Positions 1-7,395 of a stretch of DNA of 64,000 nt are shown piece by piece. How positions within the stretch are numbered: the stretch's first letter is position 1; the number at the start of each line of letters is the position of its first letter. A program made the translations under genes and the position numbers. The notes under the pieces were generated by a model that saw only the letters and a list, made by a program, of their open reading frames with translations, made no database searches and had not been told where the DNA came from. The stretch is from a virus (Duplodnaviria > Caudoviricetes): the IMG/VR virus record IMGVR_UViG_3300000727_000007, positions 27,921-91,920 of that record; one strand, 5' to 3'.

Positions 1-369
1 GGCGCAACAAACGCATGGAAGGCAATTGATTGGTTAATCAAAACCAATACAAAAGTTGACAGAGTAATGGTATTTTCAGACGAACAAGTATACAATACAG
101 ACCATCACTACATAGGATACAGTTGGGGTCCTAAAGACAAATCAGAAACCTTACAAGCAAAAATGCAAGTGTACAGAAACAAAATAAACCCTAACGCATA
201 CTTACACTCCTTCGACCTTTCTGGTTATCCAACAACCATGATACCTAATGACGACCCAAAATCAAATCTGGTTGCTGGTTGGAGCGAACAAATATTCAAT
301 TACATTGAATTGTATGAAAAAGGCTTTGCTACAATGGTAGATATTGTTGAAAACTATCCGGTGGATTAA
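1..369 (+). CDS. Ro60/TROVE-family RNA-binding protein, C-terminal vWA domain (5'-truncated by window edge)
   Basis: Frame is open from base 1: GATNAWKAIDWLIK..VDRVMVFSDEQ...YRNKINPNAYLHSFDLSGY...LVAGWSEQIF. This matches the TROVE-vWA pattern (T-N, VMIFTDxQ, DLxGY, AGWS). Confidence 0.82.
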   Translation, partial: GATNAWKAIDWLIKTNTKVDRVMVFSDEQVYNTDHHYIGYSWGPKDKSETLQAKMQVYRNKINPNAYLHSFDLSGYPTTMIPNDDPKSNLVAGWSEQIFNYIELYEKGFATMVDIVENYPVD

Positions 370-397
370 ACCCACCATTTTTATTTTAGGTGAAAAA

Positions 398-1090
398 ATG
401 GACGAAGAAGGTAAAAAGTTTTACGCAATAACAGAAGAATTAAAAATAATGCATGGTGAAATAGGGGAAGATTGTGATCTTTCATGGAAAGATTGCTTCG
501 ATATTATCGATGGTGACTTTTCGACTCTTTGTTATTATGCAAAAAGAGAAACAAATGATGAATCTAAAATTGTTATAGATACTTTAAATGAATTAGCACA
601 TGATGCAATCTTATGTAGAATTGCATATGAGAATGAAGATTTAAAGGGTCCACGTTTTGGCGAAATCATAGAAGATATGAAAAAGATACACGATGCAAAA
701 AGACACGACTATGCTTCTGATGAAGATAGGTTTTCGAACTTAGCTATATCAGAAAAAATGGGAATACCTGCATGGAAAGGTTGCCTTGTACGTATAAGCG
801 ATAAATATTCAAGACTTGATGAATTCACCAAGAAAGAAGAACTTATGGTAAAAGATGAAAGTATAACTGACACTCTAAATGATATGGCAAATTATGCAAT
901 AATCTGCAGAATCTTATATGAAAGAGGTCCACAGCCAGTAAAAGAAGGAATTGATATAACTGACCTATTTGATTCCCTTGGAGTCGATATGGAAGGTGTT
1001 GATATGACTGATTGGGATGCTGTAAAAGAAAGGTTATACAGTCAAGTATATGAAAAGAAAGTTTGTGGTTGCAATGGTGACAGTGATTAA
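398..1090 (+). CDS. Nmad1/DUF1599-like all-alpha nucleotide-pyrophosphatase-fold protein with a degenerate N-terminal duplicate domain
   Basis: KRHDY...VRISDKYSRL...ESITDTLNDMANYAII motif. RBS AGGTGA before ATG 398. Confidence 0.75.
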   Translation: MDEEGKKFYAITEELKIMHGEIGEDCDLSWKDCFDIIDGDFSTLCYYAKRETNDESKIVIDTLNELAHDAILCRIAYENEDLKGPRFGEIIEDMKKIHDAKRHDYASDEDRFSNLAISEKMGIPAWKGCLVRISDKYSRLDEFTKKEELMVKDESITDTLNDMANYAIICRILYERGPQPVKEGIDITDLFDSLGVDMEGVDMTDWDAVKERLYSQVYEKKVCGCNGDSD

Positions 1091-1427
1091 TAGCGATGTG
1101 TATAAAATCCTTGCACATCATTTTTTAGATAAACTAAAAGCACGTGCAAGTGCCGCAAGATATCTTGAAAAGGATTATTCAGTAAGACTTTATACTGTGG
1201 GTGTTTCTCCTAAGTTTGAAGCGTACCCACCAGACATTTCTAATTACGTTGATGTAAGTGCGCCACGAGGACACTTAGAAGATGCATACAATAATAGAGA
1301 TAAACAAAGAACTTTGGCTATAGTAGACAGAGAAAAAGTATTATATGATTCTATATCATTAATCCATTTCTATAAAACCAAAGAGAAATATGAAGCAATA
1401 AAAGATAAATACAAAAACGGGCATTAG
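1050..1427 (+). CDS. hypothetical protein (start uncertain; stop codon lies inside tRNA-Tyr)
   Basis: ORF fills the gap between the previous gene and the tRNA. Confidence 0.55.
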   Translation: MKRKFVVAMVTVINSDVYKILAHHFLDKLKARASAARYLEKDYSVRLYTVGVSPKFEAYPPDISNYVDVSAPRGHLEDAYNNRDKQRTLAIVDREKVLYDSISLIHFYKTKEKYEAIKDKYKNGH

Positions 1428-1591
1428 CGTAGAGGCCACGCGGTCGGCTGTAGAAGCAGGAGTATAAAACAAAACTATATCATGTATATCATTTAAAATC
1501 CCTTAATAAAATATAATCTCACTTGTATTCTTAGAATACAACTCTTGCTACAGATACCGATTATACCCCGGTTCAAATCCGGGATGTCCGA
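1418..1591 (+). tRNA. tRNA-Tyr(GUA) with 102-nt intron at position 37/38
   Basis: Acceptor CGGGCAT/ATGTCCG plus A73 (C1:G72, archaeal Tyr identity), D stem GCGT/ACGC, anticodon stem GTCGG/CCGAT, loop CT-GTA-G|A, T arm CCCGG-TTCAAAT-CCGGG. Confidence 0.95.
1454..1555 (+). other. archaeal-type tRNA intron bounded by canonical bulge-helix-bulge
   Basis: CUGU/ACAG 4-bp helix, AGA and AUA 3-nt bulges, closing helix AGCAGGAGU/ACUCUUGCU. Confidence 0.93.
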
Positions 1592-1604
1592 TTCAGGTGA
1601 TTAT

Positions 1605-1952
1605 ATGTTTAAAAAACTTGGCGAAAAATTAGGGTTAACACGAGAAAATATATTAGGCGCAAAATTTGAAAGTGATAGTAAAGACGAGGCATATTATGAT
1701 AGAAACCTTGCAATCCAACTAGCAGCTTATTTAGCTTACAGAGATGGATTTAACGTAGGGGTACGCGATAGAGATAGCGATTGGCCTATCATACAGATTG
1801 AATTGCCAACAGGACAAATAACATATCACATACCTAAAGATGAACTACTATTACTAAACGAAAGGAGATTCCGAGAACCTGCTTTACCTTGGGATGGACA
1901 CTCTTTAAGAGTAAAACAGGAAAGGATAAAACAATATTTGTCTCAGAGATGA
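1605..1952 (+). CDS. WDGH-motif phage protein
   Basis: Y-x-x-RN...W-P-I-I-Q-I-E-LPTGQITYH...WDGH. RBS AGGTGA immediately after the tRNA 3' end. Confidence 0.7.
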   Translation: MFKKLGEKLGLTRENILGAKFESDSKDEAYYDRNLAIQLAAYLAYRDGFNVGVRDRDSDWPIIQIELPTGQITYHIPKDELLLLNERRFREPALPWDGHSLRVKQERIKQYLSQR

Positions 1953-1962
1953 GACAAAATTT

Positions 1963-2036
1963 GCCGGTATAGCATAGTTTGGGAATGCGCTTGACTTGTA
2001 ATCAGGAGATCGGGGGTTCGATTCCCTCTGCTGGCT
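1963..2036 (+). tRNA. tRNA-Thr(UGU)
   Basis: GCCGGTA/TGCTGGC acceptor, U73, anticodon loop CT-TGT-AA, T arm GGGGG-TTCGATT-CCCTC; no encoded CCA. Confidence 0.95.
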
Positions 2037-2045
2037 TTTCTTTTT

Positions 2046-2120
2046 GGGAACATAATGTAGTCTGGTTATCAGGCCAGGTTTGGAACTTGGTCAGCATCGG
2101 TTCAAATCCGATTGTTCCCA
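2046..2120 (+). tRNA. tRNA-Pro(UGG), atypical (A37, weak D stem)
   Basis: GGGAACA/TGTTCCC plus A73, stem CCAGG/CTTGG, loop TT-TGG-AA, T arm ATCGG-TTCAAAT-CCGAT. Confidence 0.88.
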
Positions 2121-2167
2121 CTTATTTTAACAATATTTATAATATCAAAAAACCATAAAAGTAATAC

Positions 2168-2281
2168 ATGTATGAATTATATGGTTATCATGATAAAAAG
2201 GTTTTAGAGCAGACTTGGGATATAGTGAGTGCTCAAATGCTTCGTGCAGATTATTACCTCGAAGTAGAACCTAATACTTAA
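2168..2281 (+). CDS. 37-aa hypothetical protein, probably leaderless
   Basis: MYELYGYHDKKVLEQTWDIVSAQMLRADYYLEVEPNT; TTTATAATA box about 25 nt upstream of the ATG. Confidence 0.45.
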   Translation: MYELYGYHDKKVLEQTWDIVSAQMLRADYYLEVEPNT

Positions 2282-2359
2282 TTTTGGTTTAATTCTGGCA
2301 TCAACTTTATAATACCCCAGTCAGTTAGTGTTATTGTCAAACGAATAGGAGGCGTAATT

Positions 2360-3349
2360 TTGGCACAACACAAATTTGATTGGATTAAACATTCTGATGC
2401 TGTAGCAGATGACAGATTTGCACTTACTCAGGAAGATTTAGATAAAGTATACAGAATGGACCATCCAGAAATACAAAAACGTTTAACTTTTGTGCGAGAA
2501 ACAGCTTTACCTAGTGCATACAAGCTCGCTAATATGCCTAGTGTAAAAGATCAAGGAGATTTAGGGCTTTGTTTTGCATTTGCCGGGGCAGGAATCCAGC
2601 AATATTATTATCTCAATAATCCAACTATTAAGTCAGATTATGATTTATCCGAAATGTTTTTAGGTTATTGGTCAAGATACATATGCGAAGGTGGTGCACC
2701 AACTGGTGATAATGGTTCTACAATCATTGCTACTATGCAGGCACAACAACAATATGGAATATGTCTGGAAAAAACATGGACATATGTAGATGCGAAGGAA
2801 AATATTAAACCATCTGATGTAGCTGTTAAAGAAGCTTCACAATACGAAGTAGGAAAATACTTTGCAATCGATGAAGATGCAAATGTGACAACCAACATTA
2901 AGAAATCTATATATGCTGGAACACCAATTATGTATGGTTCAGAAGTACATCAATCTATTGACAATGTAGGCACTGATGGTATTGAACCGTATGCTAAATC
3001 ATCTAGCACATCTGATCCAGTAGTAGGCGGACACGCTAGATGGATTTACGGATGGGATGATACTAAAACGATAAAAGGAACAACCAAGAAAGGTGCATTC
3101 CTGGTAAGAAATTCTTGGGGAGGCTCTTGGGGTTGTTACGGAGACTCATGGGTTTCATATCAAGTATTCTTAGACCAAGAAACAGATCCAATGGGTATAA
3201 CCAGTGCGATAGCGCCAACTAATACTCCAACGCCCAGTCCAAACCTGGACCCTACAGCGGATATTAAATTGGTTAAAAATATCGTTTACGGTAGCTATAA
3301 CAACGCTACTAAAATTTCTAAAATTAAAAACATAGTGAGTAAGTATTAA
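2360..3349 (+). CDS. papain-like (C1A) cysteine peptidase
   Basis: DQGDLGLCFAFA (Q/C), GGHA (H), RNSWG (N); GGAGG RBS before TTG; PT-rich linker near the C-terminus. Confidence 0.88.
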   Translation: MAQHKFDWIKHSDAVADDRFALTQEDLDKVYRMDHPEIQKRLTFVRETALPSAYKLANMPSVKDQGDLGLCFAFAGAGIQQYYYLNNPTIKSDYDLSEMFLGYWSRYICEGGAPTGDNGSTIIATMQAQQQYGICLEKTWTYVDAKENIKPSDVAVKEASQYEVGKYFAIDEDANVTTNIKKSIYAGTPIMYGSEVHQSIDNVGTDGIEPYAKSSSTSDPVVGGHARWIYGWDDTKTIKGTTKKGAFLVRNSWGGSWGCYGDSWVSYQVFLDQETDPMGITSAIAPTNTPTPSPNLDPTADIKLVKNIVYGSYNNATKISKIKNIVSKY

Positions 3350-3350
3350 C

Positions 3351-3716
3351 ATGAAGCGAAATGTTGTAGTAGACATCTATCCAGATGTCTATTCTTTTTT
3401 TGAACGAAATAATTGTCTAGAAGGATTCTCCTTACTATACCATTCTGCTGGAATATGCAGATACCATTGCCAGAATCTACAGTTAGAAGCTGAGGTACGA
3501 TGTTATATGAGTACTCAGTTACACGAACCTGTCCTAAATATAAATTTAAAAGAATTTATGGATGAGAAAACTAAAAGAAATACTATTAGATTACTAGATA
3601 ATTTAATTACGGCAGGTATAGGAGAACTAGGAACGAAATCTGATTTTGAATGTGTGCAACGAAAAGGTATTAAATTTGCTGTGATATTCTCTTTTTTTGA
3701 TAAAATTTATAGATAA
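3351..3716 (+). CDS. hypothetical protein
   Basis: ORF abuts the upstream stop; no motif recognised. Confidence 0.55.
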   Translation: MKRNVVVDIYPDVYSFFERNNCLEGFSLLYHSAGICRYHCQNLQLEAEVRCYMSTQLHEPVLNINLKEFMDEKTKRNTIRLLDNLITAGIGELGTKSDFECVQRKGIKFAVIFSFFDKIYR

Positions 3717-3726
3717 CATTTAAATA
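3712..3726 (+). promoter_or_regulatory. archaeal TATA box for leaderless helicase gene
   Basis: GATAACATTTAAATA ends 22 nt before ATG 3749; no SD sequence. Confidence 0.55.
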
Positions 3727-3748
3727 GTATAAATGACAACTTCATTGT

Positions 3749-5485
3749 ATGGACGCGAAGGTTTTTCTGAAACCCATTGACCAAGACCATATGTGTGTAA
3801 ATTTTGAATTTAATTGGAAAGTCATTGAGGTTTTAAGAAGTTTAAAAAGCAGAAAATATATCGCTGCTACCAAAGAAAACATCATTACTAAAGCAGACGC
3901 TGAAATCTTAATGCAAAAATTACCAGAATTTTATTTTGTAATTCAAGAAAGAACACAGGAAGCGTATAAAATAAAGATTAGAAATGATGGTTTTCAAATC
4001 AATCCAGCACCTAGTACAATAAACGCGAAAATGTCTAGGTTAATGTATTTAAGGAGGCCAAGAGATGGTTATGAAGTTGCTAGAATACTTAAAGATGCAG
4101 GTTACAAAGTTGAAATCCAAGATGACCTCGAAGGAACAAACATCGAACTCCCAATTTCTCCAAGTCTATATGATTTCCAGATGGATGGGATGGAGTTTCT
4201 CAGAGGCAATGACTATACGGGACTCGTCTCCCTCGACATGGGCCTTGGTAAGACAATACTTGCTCTCCGAAGTGTCTTCGAACTACAAAAGTCACCTATA
4301 TTAATTGTAGCTCCGTCTTCTCTCTTATTCCAGTGGAAAAGCGAACTGGAAAGGCATTTTGGTTACGAAGATGCTAAGATTATTACATCTAAGATTCCAA
4401 AAGCCAAGAGAATAGAGGCATTTAATACAGGGGATATTATAATAACTAACTATGAGTTATTAAGAACCGTAGAAATAACAAGACAGTTCGAATTACTTAT
4501 TTTAGATGAGTGTCAACGGGTTAAGAATTGGAAAACCAAAACAGCTGCTGCAATTTCAAAAATTGTTGCTAAAAGGGTTATAGGATTATCTGGAACTCCT
4601 GTTGAAAATAATATTATGGAGCTTTATAATATTACTGACCAGATCAAACCAGGTTTCTTTGGAACTCAAAGAAAATTCTATAACAGATATGTCAAAGCTA
4701 ATTATGGTAATAGATTCTCATATCAACACTTAGACGAAGTATTTGCTAAATTGCAAGCACTTATGTTTAGGAAGAACAGAAATGAAGTTGAAATGGAATT
4801 ACCTGCCTTAATCGAACAAACATATCAGGTACAGTTAAACAAGAAAGAACTTAAGTTCTTCTGGGATTACATGGCAGACCAACCTAACGAGCTAGTAGCA
4901 ACCACTAATGCAAAAGTTTTTGCTAGTTCATCTGCATTACGAATGAATGATATTAAAGTATCTTCAAAAGAAAAAGAGCTAATTAATGTAATTAATGATG
5001 TTAATGGACAAGCTGTTGTCTTTACTCAATACAAAAAAGAATTAGCTAGGATTGAAGATTTAATCAACAATAAAGATATCTATTCAATGAGTGGAGATAC
5101 ATCTAAAGCTGATAGAAACAAAGCAATAGAAGCTTTTAAAGCAGACGAAGAAGGAATCCTGCTTATGACAGAAGTTGGTACACATGGATTAAACTTACAG
5201 TGTGCTAACACTTTAATAAACATGGATTTACCATGGACTTATGCAGCTAAAGAACAACGTATAGGACGTATTCAGAGGATTGGTTCTGAACATGAAAGCA
5301 ATTTAGTTGTCAATCTTGTATCCTGTGGGATAAAGATAGATGACAGAGTTATGGAGATTATTGATGAAAAGAAAGAACTCCATGAATTAAGTATAGATGG
5401 GCAAAAGTCATATGTAAGAAAGGCTTTTGCAAAAGACCTTGCGTCCCGAGGTATTGTCTTTAATAAAGCCGGTGCCTCGGCTTAA
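3749..5485 (+). CDS. SNF2/SWI2-family DEXH ATPase/helicase
   Basis: LDMGLGKT, LILDECQ, LSGTPVEN, GLNLQ, QRIGRIQRIG motifs; HARP-like N-terminus. Confidence 0.92.
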   Translation: MDAKVFLKPIDQDHMCVNFEFNWKVIEVLRSLKSRKYIAATKENIITKADAEILMQKLPEFYFVIQERTQEAYKIKIRNDGFQINPAPSTINAKMSRLMYLRRPRDGYEVARILKDAGYKVEIQDDLEGTNIELPISPSLYDFQMDGMEFLRGNDYTGLVSLDMGLGKTILALRSVFELQKSPILIVAPSSLLFQWKSELERHFGYEDAKIITSKIPKAKRIEAFNTGDIIITNYELLRTVEITRQFELLILDECQRVKNWKTKTAAAISKIVAKRVIGLSGTPVENNIMELYNITDQIKPGFFGTQRKFYNRYVKANYGNRFSYQHLDEVFAKLQALMFRKNRNEVEMELPALIEQTYQVQLNKKELKFFWDYMADQPNELVATTNAKVFASSSALRMNDIKVSSKEKELINVINDVNGQAVVFTQYKKELARIEDLINNKDIYSMSGDTSKADRNKAIEAFKADEEGILLMTEVGTHGLNLQCANTLINMDLPWTYAAKEQRIGRIQRIGSEHESNLVVNLVSCGIKIDDRVMEIIDEKKELHELSIDGQKSYVRKAFAKDLASRGIVFNKAGASA

Positions 5486-5528
5486 ACTATTTTTTCCGAA
5501 AACTACTTAAGGGATTGTGAAGAATTAT

Positions 5529-5580
5529 TAACTGGTGAGTCAGTTACCCCCTCCTCACCACTTTATTTTTGAGGTGAAAA
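5529..5580 (+). promoter_or_regulatory. structured 5' leader with alternative pairings and anti-SD segment (candidate cis-regulatory RNA)
   Basis: TAACTG/CAGTTA and TGGTGAG/CTCACCA helices; CCTC and TCACC are complementary to the SD GAGGTGA. Confidence 0.4.
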
Positions 5581-5832
5581 ATGGGGAAATTCAATAACAA
5601 ACTTAAAGAAAAAATCAGTAAAGAAGGTAGTAATGGTTGGCGAAGTTACTATGATGTGAACGCATTCAGCGGAACTTGTTCTAAATGTGGACATGTGAAT
5701 AAATGGAGTATGCAAGCCAGCATTAAAATCCCTAAGTGGTATGGGCTTCTATGGTTAGATATACAACATAAGTACAATGATATAAAATTTAAACTACAGA
5801 TGCTTCGATACAAAATCAAAGGATGGGTATAA
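5581..5832 (+). CDS. small protein with CxxC motif
   Basis: CSKCGH; strong SD GAGGTGA. Confidence 0.65.
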   Translation: MGKFNNKLKEKISKEGSNGWRSYYDVNAFSGTCSKCGHVNKWSMQASIKIPKWYGLLWLDIQHKYNDIKFKLQMLRYKIKGWV

Positions 5833-6143
5833 TGAACAAAGAAGACATTTATCAAGATGCAAGAAATGCTTTTGGCACAGACTTACAGATGATTATACTT
5901 GCAGAAGAATGCTCTGAGTTATCCAAAGCAACATTGAAGTTAGTAAGATTCGGTATAGAACCATGGGATAACAGTGATTTAATCGGGAAGCTCGCCGAAG
6001 AAATAGCTGATGTAAGATTAATGATAGAACAAGCAGAATATATGTTTGCTATCAAAGAAGAAGTAAAAAAAATTGAAAAAGAAAAGTTAGAACGTTTAGA
6101 AGATAGAATAAGGAGACACAACGATGAAGTGCTTTTATCATAA
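5832..6143 (+). CDS. MazG-like nucleotide pyrophosphohydrolase
   Basis: EECSEL...EEIADV acidic motifs; TAATG coupling with the upstream gene. Confidence 0.8.
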   Translation: MNKEDIYQDARNAFGTDLQMIILAEECSELSKATLKLVRFGIEPWDNSDLIGKLAEEIADVRLMIEQAEYMFAIKEEVKKIEKEKLERLEDRIRRHNDEVLLS

Positions 6144-7014
6144 TGATTTAGATGGTTGGTGTGCAGGACACGTAGTATCAAGGTTTTTAGACAAAAGGTC
6201 AAAACCAGACCCAGAAGATTATATTGAAATAAGATATGGAGATGCATTCCCATTTGATATAATTAAGCCTGCAGAAAAAATATACATTGTCGACTTTTCA
6301 CTCGAAAAAGAAGATATGGATAAACTCTTAGATATAACAGAAGATGTAGTTTGGATAGACCATCACCAGACTGCGATTGAAAAATACGCTGATTTCCCAC
6401 GAGAAATTAAAGGAGTAAGAAAAGATGGTGTATCTGGGTGTGTGCTCACTTACTTATGGTTCATAAGCAATTGTGAACATGGTATGGGAATATCCGGTAA
6501 TCAAAACGCTGTACCATGGCCTATTAGGTATGTAGGAGATAGAGATACCTGGCAATGGAAATTCGGAGAAAAGACGTTACATTTCTGCAGTGGTTCTGAA
6601 TTATACAATTTAGACCCATTAAGTCCAGACTGGGCTATAATATTCAAAGATTACAATAAAGTAATAGAACAGGGTAAAACAGTAGAACAATACAAACAAC
6701 AGCGCAATAAAGAATACTTCAAACAATTTGGTTATGTAGCTGAATTTGAAGGATATAAAGCAGCAGTGGTTAATTGTGGGCTTGTAGATTCTAAAATCTT
6801 TGGAGACCTTCTTAGTAAAAACTACGACATAGGTATTATGTATGTAGAAGATGGAGACAAGCTCAAAGTTTCGCTCCGTTCAGAAAGAATAGATGTGTCA
6901 AAAATAGCCGTTAAATACGGTGGTGGAGGCCATCAAGGAGCTTCTGGATTTGAATGGTATTTCGAAGGAGAAGACAAGTTCTATCCATGGGTTGTAATTC
7001 CGGAGGAAGAATAA
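6124..7014 (+). CDS. DHH/DHHA1 phosphoesterase
   Basis: YHNDLDG, IVDFS, WIDHH, SLRS, YGGGGH motifs. Confidence 0.9.
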   Translation: MKCFYHNDLDGWCAGHVVSRFLDKRSKPDPEDYIEIRYGDAFPFDIIKPAEKIYIVDFSLEKEDMDKLLDITEDVVWIDHHQTAIEKYADFPREIKGVRKDGVSGCVLTYLWFISNCEHGMGISGNQNAVPWPIRYVGDRDTWQWKFGEKTLHFCSGSELYNLDPLSPDWAIIFKDYNKVIEQGKTVEQYKQQRNKEYFKQFGYVAEFEGYKAAVVNCGLVDSKIFGDLLSKNYDIGIMYVEDGDKLKVSLRSERIDVSKIAVKYGGGGHQGASGFEWYFEGEDKFYPWVVIPEEE

Positions 7015-7391
7015 TGCAAGACCCTGATGGAAATTTAGGTTGTGCTATAATCCTTGGGATTGTAGCCATTATCCTTTTAGCAGGTTGCTATATAGATTCT
7101 ATTGTAAATCCACAAGTTACAACAATAACAATTGATAGTTCTAAAGCCCCTATGCATGTTCAAGTTTTATCAAAAGCACGTATTTTTCATAATGCTGTAA
7201 TTTATGACAAGAAATATCCTAAAGGCCATGTTGAAACCCAAGAAGAATATAAGCTATATGGAGCTGAGGCAAATCAAACATGGGGTGGAGCTTTAACTGT
7301 AAACAAATCAGTATACTATAATACAAGTATAGGCGATTGGCAAAACTGGGACAACTACAATGGTGGCGAAGGCCCCTACGAATTAAGGTGA
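7014..7391 (+). CDS. membrane-anchored protein, possible lipoprotein
   Basis: N-terminal hydrophobic segment ending LLAGC; TAATG overlap with the upstream gene. Confidence 0.6.
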   Translation: MQDPDGNLGCAIILGIVAIILLAGCYIDSIVNPQVTTITIDSSKAPMHVQVLSKARIFHNAVIYDKKYPKGHVETQEEYKLYGAEANQTWGGALTVNKSVYYNTSIGDWQNWDNYNGGEGPYELR

Positions 7392-7395
7392 TATT

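Noticed and set aside
1454-1555. Intron as a C/D-box guide RNA or a translatable circle (102 nt = 34 codons)
   Set aside because: No RUGAUGA or CUGA boxes; all three sense frames contain stops, and the only ATG gives MYII*.
1545-1604. N-terminal extension of the WDGH ORF from TTG 1545
   Set aside because: It overlaps the tRNA-Tyr 3' exon; the SD points to ATG 1605.
1418-2120. tRNAs as a provirus attachment site or host boundary
   Set aside because: No integrase and no duplicated tRNA 3' end; virus-like genes flank and interleave the tRNAs.
2201-2210. GTTTTAGAGC, resembling the start of a type II-A CRISPR repeat
   Set aside because: Single 10-mer inside a small ORF; no array or spacers.
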